From the NCBI GenBank assembly GCA_963782055.1, contig CAWAIF010000003.1:32001-96000 (forward strand): a stretch of 64,000 bases of DNA. Direction: 5' to 3'. The stretch's first letter is position 1; every line of letters begins with the position of its first letter. Of this stretch, positions 10,181-19,185 are shown one piece after another. A program made the position numbers and the translations under genes. The notes below the pieces were generated by a model, which did not search any database, was not told the DNA's origin, and saw only the letters and a program-made list of their open reading frames with translations. This stretch comes from an uncultured delta proteobacterium (GTDB lineage: Bacteria; Myxococcota_A; Polyangia; Polyangiales; Polyangiaceae).

Positions 10181-11827
10181 GTGAAGCTCCGAATCCCCGG
10201 CAAGTCCGAGCGCCGCCTCGCCGCGGCCATCCTGGTGGTGGCGATCATCCCGCTGGTGACCGCCATCTTCCTGGCGAGCTCCCTCTTCTCGCAGGCGACG
10301 GCGATCTGGTTCAACCCGGAGGTGGGCCAGCAGCTCGATCGCGGCGTGCTCGTCTACAAGGACTACGTCAACGCGGTGAAGGACGACATGCGCCACCAGA
10401 CCGACGCCGTCGCCGCCGACGAGTCGCTGCGCGAGGCCGCGCACGAGGGCGACGGGGCCGCGGTCGCCGCCGCGCTGGACCGGCTCTTCCCCCACTACCC
10501 CGAGCTGGTCAGCCTCGCGGTGCAGGGCCCCGACGGCAACGAGGTGGGCCGCCACGACCGCGGTCGCCCCGTCGACGAGACCAAGGAGCGCAAGCTGGAC
10601 GTGGTGCGCGCGCTGGGCGACGGCGCCGACGCGCCCCTCCTGCGCGCCACCTTCGCGGTCGATCGCAAGCGCATCGACGAGCTGGCGACGACCGGCCCCG
10701 TGGTGACCAGGTACCACCAGCTGGAGAAGTCGCGCTCGCAGGTCTACGACGCGTACGTCCGCGCCTTCGCCGCGCTGGCGGGCATCACCATGCTCCTCGC
10801 CCTCGCCGTGGGGATCGTCCTCGCGCGCGGGGTCACCCGGCGTATCAATCGCCTGCACGCGGCGATCGACGTCGTCGCCAAGGGCGGTGACCTCTCCGTC
10901 CGCGTGCCGGTCACGGGCTCCGACGAGCTGACCGAGCTGGCGCGCACCTTCAACGGCATGCTCGGAGAGATGGCCGCGTCGCGCGCGCGCATCGAGTATC
11001 TGCAGCGCGTGGGCGCCTGGCAGGAGATGGCGCAGCGCCTGGCGCACGAGATCAAGAACCCGCTCACGCCCATCCAGCTCGCGGTGCAGGAGTGCCACCG
11101 CAAGTACCCGGGCGACGACCCCAAGTACCGCGCGCTGCTCGACACCACCCTGGAGGTGGTCGAGGAGGAAGTGGGGACGCTGCGCCGCCTCGTCGGCGAC
11201 TTCTCCAGCTTCGCCCGCCTGCCCAACGCCGACCTGCGCGACGCCGACCTCACCGACTTCCTGCAAGACTGCAAGGACCAGCTGGTTCACATGGAGGACG
11301 TCGCCGACTCGGTGGAGGAGGCCCCCCTGCCCGACGGCGAGGCGCCGGCCATCTCCGGCGCGGCGATCGTGGAGTGGGACGAGCCGGACGGCCCCCTCGC
11401 CGCCGCCATCGACCGGCAGATGCTCCGCCGGGTGCTCGTCAACCTGGTGCGCAACGCGGTGCAGGCCCTCCGCGACGCGCGCGCCGGAGACGACAGCGCG
11501 GCCCCCGGGCACGTGCGGGTGCACGCCGCCGCCGACGGCGCGGGCTCGGCCATCACCGTCGAGGACGACGGCCCCGGCATCCCGGAGGCCACGCGCGAGC
11601 GCATCTTCGACCCGTACTTCACGACGAAGGTGGACGGCACCGGCCTCGGCCTCGCCATCGTGAAGAAGATCGTCGTCGACCACGGCGGGTCCATCGAGGT
11701 GGACCGGAGCCCGGACCTCGGAGGCGCGCGCTTCGTCATCCACCTGCCGGCGCCGCGCTCCCTGGAGATCGAGGCCGCCCGGCAGGCCCGCGCCCGCGCG
11801 CGGGAGGCCGGCGTCGCGACCGCCTGA
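10181..11827 (+). CDS. Membrane sensor histidine kinase (NtrY-like; HAMP-HisKA-HATPase)
   Basis: Two TM segments, HAMP, H-box LAHEIKNPLTPI, N-box NLVRNA, DDGPG, FDPYFTTK, GTGLGL. Confidence 0.93.
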   Translation: MKLRIPGKSERRLAAAILVVAIIPLVTAIFLASSLFSQATAIWFNPEVGQQLDRGVLVYKDYVNAVKDDMRHQTDAVAADESLREAAHEGDGAAVAAALDRLFPHYPELVSLAVQGPDGNEVGRHDRGRPVDETKERKLDVVRALGDGADAPLLRATFAVDRKRIDELATTGPVVTRYHQLEKSRSQVYDAYVRAFAALAGITMLLALAVGIVLARGVTRRINRLHAAIDVVAKGGDLSVRVPVTGSDELTELARTFNGMLGEMAASRARIEYLQRVGAWQEMAQRLAHEIKNPLTPIQLAVQECHRKYPGDDPKYRALLDTTLEVVEEEVGTLRRLVGDFSSFARLPNADLRDADLTDFLQDCKDQLVHMEDVADSVEEAPLPDGEAPAISGAAIVEWDEPDGPLAAAIDRQMLRRVLVNLVRNAVQALRDARAGDDSAAPGHVRVHAAADGAGSAITVEDDGPGIPEATRERIFDPYFTTKVDGTGLGLAIVKKIVVDHGGSIEVDRSPDLGGARFVIHLPAPRSLEIEAARQARARAREAGVATA

Positions 11828-11853
11828 CGTGCGCGTGCTACAACACCCCGCGC

Positions 11854-12432
11854 ATGGCCAACACCGCCCAGGCCGAAGGCAGCTCGAGCCCGCTCTACGT
11901 CATCGCGGGCGCCCTGCTCATCGTCGCGCTGCTGCTGGGCTTCGCCTGGCTGCCCCGCCTCTTCGCGTCGGCGGACCCGACGACCACCGGGCGGGCCGCG
12001 CCCGACTTCAAGGTGCCGCTGGTCGCCAACGCCGAGGTGCTCTCCCACCCGCCGAACCTGGCGCCGCAGACGTTGTCGATGGCAGACCTGAAGGGCAAGG
12101 CCGTGCTGCTCGACTTCTGGGCCACGTGGTGTGGCCCTTGCCGGGCCGAGGCCCCCATCGTGGACCGCGTCGCCCGGCGCTACCGTGACCGCGGCCTCGT
12201 CGTCGTCGGCGTCAACACCAGCGACGAGGCAGGCAACGCGGCCCCGTGGGCGAAGGCGCACGGGATCTCCTACCCCATCGCCTTCGATCAGGGGGACAAC
12301 GTGGCGCGCGTCTTCGGCGTGGAGAACCTGCCGACGCTCGTGGTCATCGGCAAAAATGGGAAGATCGTCGCCACGCGCATGGGCATGACCGACGGCGCGG
12401 AGCTGGAGCGCCTGGTGAACCAGGCCCTGTAG
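11854..12432 (+). CDS. TlpA/ResA-like thiol-disulfide oxidoreductase
   Basis: N-terminal TM; LDFWATWCGPCRAE; cis-Pro LPT. Confidence 0.92.
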   Translation: MANTAQAEGSSSPLYVIAGALLIVALLLGFAWLPRLFASADPTTTGRAAPDFKVPLVANAEVLSHPPNLAPQTLSMADLKGKAVLLDFWATWCGPCRAEAPIVDRVARRYRDRGLVVVGVNTSDEAGNAAPWAKAHGISYPIAFDQGDNVARVFGVENLPTLVVIGKNGKIVATRMGMTDGAELERLVNQAL

Positions 12433-12496
12433 CGAGGCCGCGCCGCGCCGGCGGGGTTGGTCTGCACGCCCGCAGGTGCTTACCTTCGTGCTCGAG

Positions 12497-13273
12497 ATGA
12501 CGCGGGCGTGGCTGGCATTCCTCCTCGGGGCGCTCGTGCTGCTCGTCGCCCCGGCGGCGCGAGCGTACGAGCCCCCGCCCCTTCACGGCCACGTCGTGGA
12601 CACCTCCGGGCGCCTCTCGGCCGCCGACGTCTCGGCGATCGACGCGCGGCTGGACGCCGTGATGCAGCGGGACGGCTTCGCCATCGTGGTGTTCGTCGTC
12701 GGCTCGCTGGACGGGCAGACCATCGAGGACGTCGCCTACGACACCTTCAACACCTGGGGCGTCGGCCGCGCGAAGAAGGACGACGGCGTGCTCCTCGTCA
12801 TCGCGCCGAAGGAGCGGCGCGTGCGCATCGAGGTGGGGCGCGGGCTGGAGGGCGCCCTCACCGACCTGGAGAGCAACGACATCATCCGCCAGACCATCGG
12901 CCCGAAGCTGGCCGCCGGCGACCTGCGCGGCGGCATCGACGCGGGCACCGCGCGCATCGTGGAGACCCTGGCGCGAAACGGCGCGGGGGAGTCGGGTGCC
13001 GCGTCGTCGGGGAGCTCGCACGCATCTCCTCGCGGTCCGCCCGGCGCGGCCCCGCACCTCAGCGTGCTGCAGCAGATCGGGCTCTTCGCGATCTTCGCGC
13101 TGATCGTCGTGCTGCTCATCGTCTCGCCGACGTTTCGATCCATCTTCTTCTGGATCCTCTGGGGCATGGTCTTCCGGGGCGGCGGAGGCGGAGGAGGAGG
13201 GTGGTCCACCGGCTCCGGCTACTCCGGCGGCGGCGGGAGCAGCGGCGGCGGCGGCTCGTCGGGCAGCTACTGA
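12497..13273 (+). CDS. TPM-domain (YgcG-like) protein
   Basis: Signal peptide; WGVG..DDGVLLVIA..ERRVRIEVG.GLEG.LTD; TM; Gly-rich tail GGGGSSGGGGSSGSY. Confidence 0.92.
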   Translation: MTRAWLAFLLGALVLLVAPAARAYEPPPLHGHVVDTSGRLSAADVSAIDARLDAVMQRDGFAIVVFVVGSLDGQTIEDVAYDTFNTWGVGRAKKDDGVLLVIAPKERRVRIEVGRGLEGALTDLESNDIIRQTIGPKLAAGDLRGGIDAGTARIVETLARNGAGESGAASSGSSHASPRGPPGAAPHLSVLQQIGLFAIFALIVVLLIVSPTFRSIFFWILWGMVFRGGGGGGGGWSTGSGYSGGGGSSGGGGSSGSY

Positions 13274-14082
13274 GCGCTCCGCGTCGAGGGGCGCGCCCGC
13301 ATGGGCAGGAAGAAGCGCGAGCCGGTGAGGTCGTTGACGCCGCAGTAGAGGTCCGCGTCGAAGGTCTCCTTCAGCTGCCGGTAGGTCATCACCTCCTCGA
13401 CGGTACCGACGGCGACGAAGCGCCCGCCCTTCGCCAGCACCACGCGCGTGGCGTACTCCGCCGCCGCGTTGAGGTCGTGCATCGACACCACCACGGCGAG
13501 GTGCTCGTCGGCGGCGAGATCGGTGAGCAGGCCGTAGAGCGCGACCTGGTGCCGGACATCCAGGAAGGCGCCCGGCTCGTCCAGCAGCAGCACGCGCGGC
13601 TCCTGCGCGAGCGCCCGCGCCACCGCCACCCGCTTCTGCTCGCCGCCGGAGAGCTCGTCCACCCGGCGAGACGCGAGGGCGCTCAGGTCGCACCGCTCCA
13701 GCGTCCGGGCCACCACCCGCTCGTCCTCCGCCCCGGCGCGCATCCAGGTGTCCTGGTGGGGGGCCCGGCCCATCATGACGACCTCCAGCACCGTAAACCC
13801 GAAGGTGACGTCCGTCTGCTGCGCGACCATCGCCACCCGTCGCGCCACCTCCCGCCGGCCGATCGCGCCCAGCTCCTCCCCGAAGAGGTGGACGGTCCCG
13901 CGGGTGGGCGCCAGCACACCCGAGAGCACGCGAAGCAGCGTGGACTTGCCCGCGCCGTTCGGCCCGAGCACCCCCACGAGCTCCCCCGGCGCGACAGCGA
14001 GGTGGGCGTCCTGGAGCGCCGGCTCCCGCCCCGCCGCGTAGCGGACCTCCGCCCCCCGCGCTTCGATGACCGCTTCCGGCAT
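13267..14082 (-). CDS. Heme/cobalamin/siderophore-type ABC transporter ATPase (HmuV/FecE/BtuD family)
   Basis: GPNGAGKS, VMMGRAPH, LSGGEQKRV, LLLDEP, SMHDLNAA. Confidence 0.9.
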   Translation of the reverse strand: MPEAVIEARGAEVRYAAGREPALQDAHLAVAPGELVGVLGPNGAGKSTLLRVLSGVLAPTRGTVHLFGEELGAIGRREVARRVAMVAQQTDVTFGFTVLEVVMMGRAPHQDTWMRAGAEDERVVARTLERCDLSALASRRVDELSGGEQKRVAVARALAQEPRVLLLDEPGAFLDVRHQVALYGLLTDLAADEHLAVVVSMHDLNAAAEYATRVVLAKGGRFVAVGTVEEVMTYRQLKETFDADLYCGVNDLTGSRFFLPMRARPSTRSAQ

Positions 14083-14166
14083 GGAGAATCCCTTCCCTTC
14101 CTCGCTCGACCGCCGCATCATACCCGTGTGCGCGCGGCACGCCTGGGTCCTCGCGGGGGACGGCAG

Positions 14167-14838
14167 GTGTCGCAGCCCCAACCCGAGGAGCCCGCCGTGG
14201 ATGCCAAACCCGAAGTCTCGACCGCGTCGACGCCGTCGGAGCGTGGGCGTCGCATCATCAAGCGCTACTCCAACCGCAAGCTCTACGACACCAAGGACAG
14301 CCGCTACGTCACGCTGCTGCAGATCGCCGGGATGGTGCGCACCGGCGAAGAGGTGCAGATCATCGACAACAACTCCAAGGAAGATCTGACCGAGGTCACC
14401 CTCGCGCAGATCATCTACGAGGAGAAGAAGGCGCACAGCCACACGGTCCCGCTGCAGACACTGAAGGAGCTCATCCACCAGCGCACCGAGAAGGTCTTGT
14501 CCGAACTGAGGGAGGGTCCCATCGGCCGGCTCATCCCCGGCCAGAAGGAAAAGGAGAAAGTGACACCTGCCCCCGCCCCCCCCATCCCCGAGCCGCCGAA
14601 GAGCGAGTCCGCGGCCGGCAAGCAGACGCTGGTCGAGCAGGCGCGCGGCACCCTCGAAGACTGGCAGCACAAGATCGACGAGCGCGTGCGGGCCATCCTG
14701 CCCAGCCTCCTGCCCTGGCAGCAGCTCCAGGCGGAGGTCAAACGACTGAACACCCGTATCGATGAGCTGGAGAAGAAGCTCAAGGCGGCACAGGGCCCCG
14801 CTTCCAGCCGGAACTCCAAGGAAAACTCGAAGGAATAG
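14167..14838 (+). CDS. PhaR-type (PHA synthesis regulator) DNA-binding domain protein
   Basis: IIKRYSNRKLYDTKDSRYVTL...DLTEVTLAQIIYE; C-terminal coiled coil; start uncertain (14167 or 14198). Confidence 0.85.
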   Translation: MSQPQPEEPAVDAKPEVSTASTPSERGRRIIKRYSNRKLYDTKDSRYVTLLQIAGMVRTGEEVQIIDNNSKEDLTEVTLAQIIYEEKKAHSHTVPLQTLKELIHQRTEKVLSELREGPIGRLIPGQKEKEKVTPAPAPPIPEPPKSESAAGKQTLVEQARGTLEDWQHKIDERVRAILPSLLPWQQLQAEVKRLNTRIDELEKKLKAAQGPASSRNSKENSKE

Positions 14839-14934
14839 GGCGGCCTGGGGGCCTGTTGACCCTGCACCAACGCGATCCATGCTGTTCTGGAGCGCGTCCG
14901 TCACGTCCGACCCGGACCGCAGGAAGTTCTTGGT

Positions 14935-15609
14935 ATGGCCATCTTCGATACCCCGGCACCTCCCAAAGACGACGCCTTCCTCGACGAGGCGATGTCTCAC
15001 ATGGACGCCATGTACGGCGTCGCCTGCCGGCTGACCCGCAACCCGACGGAGGCGGAGGATCTCGTGCAGGACGCGCTGGTGAAGGCCATGCGCGCGCGCG
15101 ATCAGTTCCAGCCCGGCACCAACCTCAAGGCGTGGCTCTTCCGCATCCTGACCAACACCTTCATCAACAAGTACCGCCGCGGCGGGCTGGAGCGTTCGGT
15201 GCTGGAGGGCCCCGACGCGGACCCTCTCGCCGACGGCTGGGTCAGCGCCGCGACGATGCGTCAGCTCCGCGACCCGGAGCAAGCCGCGCTGATGCCCATC
15301 ATCGAGGGCGAGGTGCAGCGTGCGCTGGACGCCCTGCCGCCGGAGTTTCGTCTCGCGGTCATCCTCTGCGACGTGCAGGAGTTCTCCTACGAGGAGATCG
15401 CCGATATCATGGGCTGTCCCATCGGGACGGTGATGAGCCGGCTCCACCGCGGAAGGAAGCTCTTGCAGAAGGCCCTGTACAGCCACGCCCTCGCCATGGG
15501 CATCGTCAAGGGCGAGGACGTCAGCAAGAAGACCGCCGCGCCGCAGAAGGCCGAGCCCTCTCCAGCCGATCTCGCGGCGTACCGCGCGCGGAAGCGAGGT
15601 GTGGCATGA
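14935..15609 (+). CDS. ECF sigma-70 factor (SigH/SigR-like)
   Basis: AEDLVQD, TNLKAWLFRILTNTFIN, SYEEIADIMGCPIGTVMSRLHRGR. Confidence 0.94.
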   Translation: MAIFDTPAPPKDDAFLDEAMSHMDAMYGVACRLTRNPTEAEDLVQDALVKAMRARDQFQPGTNLKAWLFRILTNTFINKYRRGGLERSVLEGPDADPLADGWVSAATMRQLRDPEQAALMPIIEGEVQRALDALPPEFRLAVILCDVQEFSYEEIADIMGCPIGTVMSRLHRGRKLLQKALYSHALAMGIVKGEDVSKKTAAPQKAEPSPADLAAYRARKRGVA

Positions 15610-16433
15610 GCGAGCGCGTCTGCCGTGCCTACTCGCACCTGCTCGGCCCCTTCGCCGACGGCGAGCTCGAGCCCGAAAAGCAGCTGGAGATGGAGTCGCA
15701 CGTCGAGGAGTGCGAGGGCTGCCGCGAGCGCGTGCTGCTCGACGAGGCCATGCGCCACTCCCTCAAGCGCATCACGCGCGTCGAGGCGCCGGCCGCCCTG
15801 CACGCCCGCATCGCCGCGGCGATGACGGCGGAGAAGGCGCGCGGCGGCGTGCGCGAGGACTCGCGCAAGAAGACCCAGGCCTGGCGGACGATCGTCCCGC
15901 TGGCGAGCGCCGCGGCGTTCGCGCTGGCGTGGGGAGCGATGTCGCGCGGCCCGCTGGCGCGCACCACCGCGAGCGACTCGGTCCACGCCGGCTTCGGCGA
16001 CGACCTGCTCTCCGAGCTGGTCTCGGAGCACTCGCGTCCGCTCCCGCCAAGCTGCAAGGGCGCGAGCCAGGTGGGTCAGTTCGAGCAGTACGTGGGCGTG
16101 CCGGTGCGGCCGTCCGCGCTTCCGCGGCGCTCGGCCCATCTGGTGGGTGGCTGCGTGCTCCCGGTGAACAACGAGCGCGCGGCGATGCTCCAGTACGAGG
16201 TCACGCGCGGCGGCGAGACACGCCGCGTGAGCGTGTTCGTCTTCGACCCGCGCCGCATCCAGGTCAACGACCGCGGCCTCACCCCGCGTCCGGTGGGCAC
16301 CGCGGAGGTGCGCGTCGGCCGCTCCAACGGCTACTCGGTGGCGGTGACGCAGCACGCTGGCGTGGGCTACGCCCTCGCGAGCGACATGGACGAGGGCTCC
16401 ACCGCGGAGCTGGCGATGGACACCGGGGACTGA
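15606..16433 (+). CDS. Zinc-binding (zf-HC2) transmembrane anti-sigma factor
   Basis: ATGA overlap with the sigma stop; HVEECEGC (HxxxCxxC); one TM; periplasmic C-domain. Confidence 0.9.
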   Translation: MSERVCRAYSHLLGPFADGELEPEKQLEMESHVEECEGCRERVLLDEAMRHSLKRITRVEAPAALHARIAAAMTAEKARGGVREDSRKKTQAWRTIVPLASAAAFALAWGAMSRGPLARTTASDSVHAGFGDDLLSELVSEHSRPLPPSCKGASQVGQFEQYVGVPVRPSALPRRSAHLVGGCVLPVNNERAAMLQYEVTRGGETRRVSVFVFDPRRIQVNDRGLTPRPVGTAEVRVGRSNGYSVAVTQHAGVGYALASDMDEGSTAELAMDTGD

Positions 16434-16514
16434 GCCTCACCCCCCGGCCCCCGCCTCACCCCCCGGCCCCCGCCTCACCCCCCGGCCCCCTCTCCACTTC
16501 GTGGAGAGGGGGAG
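16434..16514. repeat. 3x 19-bp tandem repeat (gcctcaccccccggccccc) plus REP-like hairpin ccccctctccac-ttc-gtggagaggggg
   Basis: Units start at 16434, 16453 and 16472; hairpin 16486-16512; lies between convergent genes; related copy at 58392-58440. Confidence 0.85.
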
Positions 16515-16527
16515 ATGCGCGGGGGGC

Positions 16528-18204
16528 TCACTGGGCGGCGGCGAAGCCGAGCTTGCGGGGGTCGCTCGCGGCGAGGACCTTCACCGCGCCACCGGAGCGG
16601 TCCCACGCGACCATCTGCACGGCGGTCCCGAGGAAGCGCTCCTGCTGCACCTTCTCCCCGCGCTTGCGGAGGCCCTCCCGTACGTCCTCCGCGATCTCCG
16701 GGTCGACGAAGAGCTCCGGGCCCTTGGTGAAGACGCGCGGGGAGGAGACGCACGCCGAGGGGTCCAGCCCGAAGACCAGCCGCGCGACCGCCGCCTGCAT
16801 CACGTTGCTGGCGATGCGCCAGCCGCCGGAGCCGCCGAGGGCGAGGATGGGCGCGCCGTTCTCCAGCACGATGGTGGGCGTCATGCTGGAGACGGGACGC
16901 GCGCGACCGCGCGGCGCGTTGGGACCCGGCGCGGCCACGCCGAACGCGGCCACGTCCTGGGGCTTGGAGAAGTCGTAGAGCTCGTTGTTGAGCAGCACGC
17001 CGGTGTCTCCGGCGAAGATGCGCGCGCCGAAGGGCCCGTTGACCGTGGTGGTGAGGGAGACCACGTTGCCCTCGGCGTCGGCCACGACCAGGTGCGTGGT
17101 GCCCTGCTCCTTCGTCTTGAAGTCGGCGGCCTGGTGCGTGCTGCCTGGCAGGATGCGCTTCCTGCGCGCCGCGAGCTGCGCGGGGTCGAGGGCGTGCTGC
17201 ACCGCCGTGGTGACCGCGGGCTGGAAGTCGGGGTCCGCCAGGTTGCGCGCGCGGTCCGCCACCGCCCCGCGCATGACCTCGGCCAGGGTGTGGAGGTAGA
17301 GGCTCGAGCCGAAGCCCATCGCGCGCAGCGGCGAGGTGCTGTCGGCGCCGTACATGGCCAGCGCCTCCATCGTCATCAGGCCGCCGGCGGAGGGCGGGGG
17401 CATGGCGTAGACCACGCGGGAGCCGAGGGTGCGGGTGAGCGGGGCGCGCTCGCGCACGCGGTAGCCGGAGAGGTCGGCGGCGGTGAGGGAGTCGCCCTCC
17501 GCGTCGGCGGAGGCCACGATCTTGGCGGCGATGTCGCCGTGATAGAAGGGGCGCGAGCCCTGCGCGCCGAACCGGGCGATGGTGCGGGCGAGCGCGGCGC
17601 GACGCCACACGTGGCGGTACCCCAGCGCGTTGCCGCCCGGGTAGAGGATGGGCGCGAGCGGGGTGCCGTCGAGGTAGCGGCGCGTGAAGGCGATCTCGTC
17701 GGCGAGGTGGCGGCCGATCGGGAAGCCGGCGCGCGCGAGACGCGCGGCGGGCATCGCGTCCTGGGCGAGCGAGCGCTTCGCGTAGTGCACGCTCAGCCAC
17801 TCCAGCCCGGCGGGCTCGCCAGGGACGCCGACCGAGGCGCCCCGCTTGCCGTGATCGAACAGGTCCTTCGCGACGATCCCGGCGGGCGCCACCTCGCGAA
17901 AGTCCAGCGCGACGACCTTGTGATCGTGCGCCGAGTACACGAGGGCGAAGCCGCCGCCGCCCAGGCCGCTCGCGCCGGGGTTGACGACGCCGAGCGTGAG
18001 CGCCGCGGCGATGGCGCCGTCGAAGGCGTTGCCTCCGGCGCGCAGCACCTCGACGGCGGCGCGCGTGGCGCGTGCGTCGTCGGTGGCGACGCCGATCCCG
18101 CTTCCCTGCGCGGAGGGTGTGTACGCCGCGCGCGCGGGCAGGCCCGCCGCGAGCAGAACGGTGCTCGAAAGGGAAAAGAGCAGTGCTAGGCTCCGCAGCC
18201 GCAT
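16528..18204 (-). CDS. ggt: Gamma-glutamyltransferase (secreted)
   Basis: Signal peptide ending PARA; GGNAFD, SGLGGGGF, DFREVAP, nucleophile GTTH, TTTVNGPFG, RPVSSMTP, GGSGG, SDPRK. Confidence 0.93.
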   Translation of the reverse strand: MRLRSLALLFSLSSTVLLAAGLPARAAYTPSAQGSGIGVATDDARATRAAVEVLRAGGNAFDGAIAAALTLGVVNPGASGLGGGGFALVYSAHDHKVVALDFREVAPAGIVAKDLFDHGKRGASVGVPGEPAGLEWLSVHYAKRSLAQDAMPAARLARAGFPIGRHLADEIAFTRRYLDGTPLAPILYPGGNALGYRHVWRRAALARTIARFGAQGSRPFYHGDIAAKIVASADAEGDSLTAADLSGYRVRERAPLTRTLGSRVVYAMPPPSAGGLMTMEALAMYGADSTSPLRAMGFGSSLYLHTLAEVMRGAVADRARNLADPDFQPAVTTAVQHALDPAQLAARRKRILPGSTHQAADFKTKEQGTTHLVVADAEGNVVSLTTTVNGPFGARIFAGDTGVLLNNELYDFSKPQDVAAFGVAAPGPNAPRGRARPVSSMTPTIVLENGAPILALGGSGGWRIASNVMQAAVARLVFGLDPSACVSSPRVFTKGPELFVDPEIAEDVREGLRKRGEKVQQERFLGTAVQMVAWDRSGGAVKVLAASDPRKLGFAAAQ

Positions 18205-19180
18205 GCGCTTCGTGTACGTGATGGATCCGGTTACGCGCGTCATCGTCGACAAGGATACGACGTTCGCGTTCCAGCGCGTGGCCCAAGCGCGCGGGCACAA
18301 ATCGCTGCACTGCGAGCCGCGGGACCTCTTCATCAAGGACGGCGACGTCCACGCCGCCGTGCGCGATCTGCGCGTGAGCGACGCCGCACCCCACTTCGCC
18401 TTCGGGGAGCGGTACGACGTGCGCCTGGCCGACGTGGAGGCCGTCTTCGTCCGCAAGGACCCGCCCTTCGACAGGACGTACCTCTACGCCACGCTCATGC
18501 TGGAGCGCGCGCGGGGCCGCACCGTCATCGTCAACGACCCGCGCGGCCTGCGCGACGCCAACGAGAAGCTCTACGCGCTGCACTTCCCCCAGCACATGCC
18601 GCGCACGCTGGTGACCACCGACGCCGCCCGGATCTTCGCCTTCCTGCGGGAGATCGACAACCACGGCGTCATCAAGCCGCTGGACGGCGCGGGCGGCCTC
18701 GGCGTGATGCTGCTGCGCGAGGGAGACTCCAACGCGCGCAGCATCGTCGACGTGATCACCCACGAGGGCCGGCGCCTCGCGATGGTGCAGGAGTTTCTGC
18801 CGGCGGTGCGCGAGGGCGACAAGCGCGTGCTGCTCCTCGACGGCGAGCTGCTCGGCGCGATCAACCGCGTCGCGCCGCCCGGCGACATCCGCTCCAACAT
18901 CCACGTGGGCGGCGTCGTCGAGCCGACGGAGCTCACAGAGCGCGAGCGCGCCATCGTGACCGACATCGCGCCGCGCCTGCGCGCCGACGGCCTCGCCTTC
19001 GTGGGGCTGGACATGATCGGCGAGCGCCTGACCGAGGTGAACGTCACCTCCCCCACCGGCATCCAGGAGCTCTCGCGTCACCTCGGCCGCGACGTCTCCG
19101 TCGATGTCATCGAGTGGGTGGAGAAGCGCGCGCTCGAGCTCTCGCCACACCTCCCGAGCATTCCCTCCTCTGCGGGGTAG
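18203..19180 (+). CDS. gshB: Glutathione synthetase
   Basis: MRFVYVMDP, KDTT, RKDPPFD, NDPRGLRDANEK, IKPLDG, GDKR, RSNIHVGG, EVNVTSPTG. Confidence 0.97.
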   Translation: MRFVYVMDPVTRVIVDKDTTFAFQRVAQARGHKSLHCEPRDLFIKDGDVHAAVRDLRVSDAAPHFAFGERYDVRLADVEAVFVRKDPPFDRTYLYATLMLERARGRTVIVNDPRGLRDANEKLYALHFPQHMPRTLVTTDAARIFAFLREIDNHGVIKPLDGAGGLGVMLLREGDSNARSIVDVITHEGRRLAMVQEFLPAVREGDKRVLLLDGELLGAINRVAPPGDIRSNIHVGGVVEPTELTERERAIVTDIAPRLRADGLAFVGLDMIGERLTEVNVTSPTGIQELSRHLGRDVSVDVIEWVEKRALELSPHLPSIPSSAG

Positions 19181-19185
19181 CGCCC

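Noticed and set aside
16434..16490. Possible CRISPR array
   Set aside because: The 19-bp units are directly adjacent with no spacers, and there are no cas genes.
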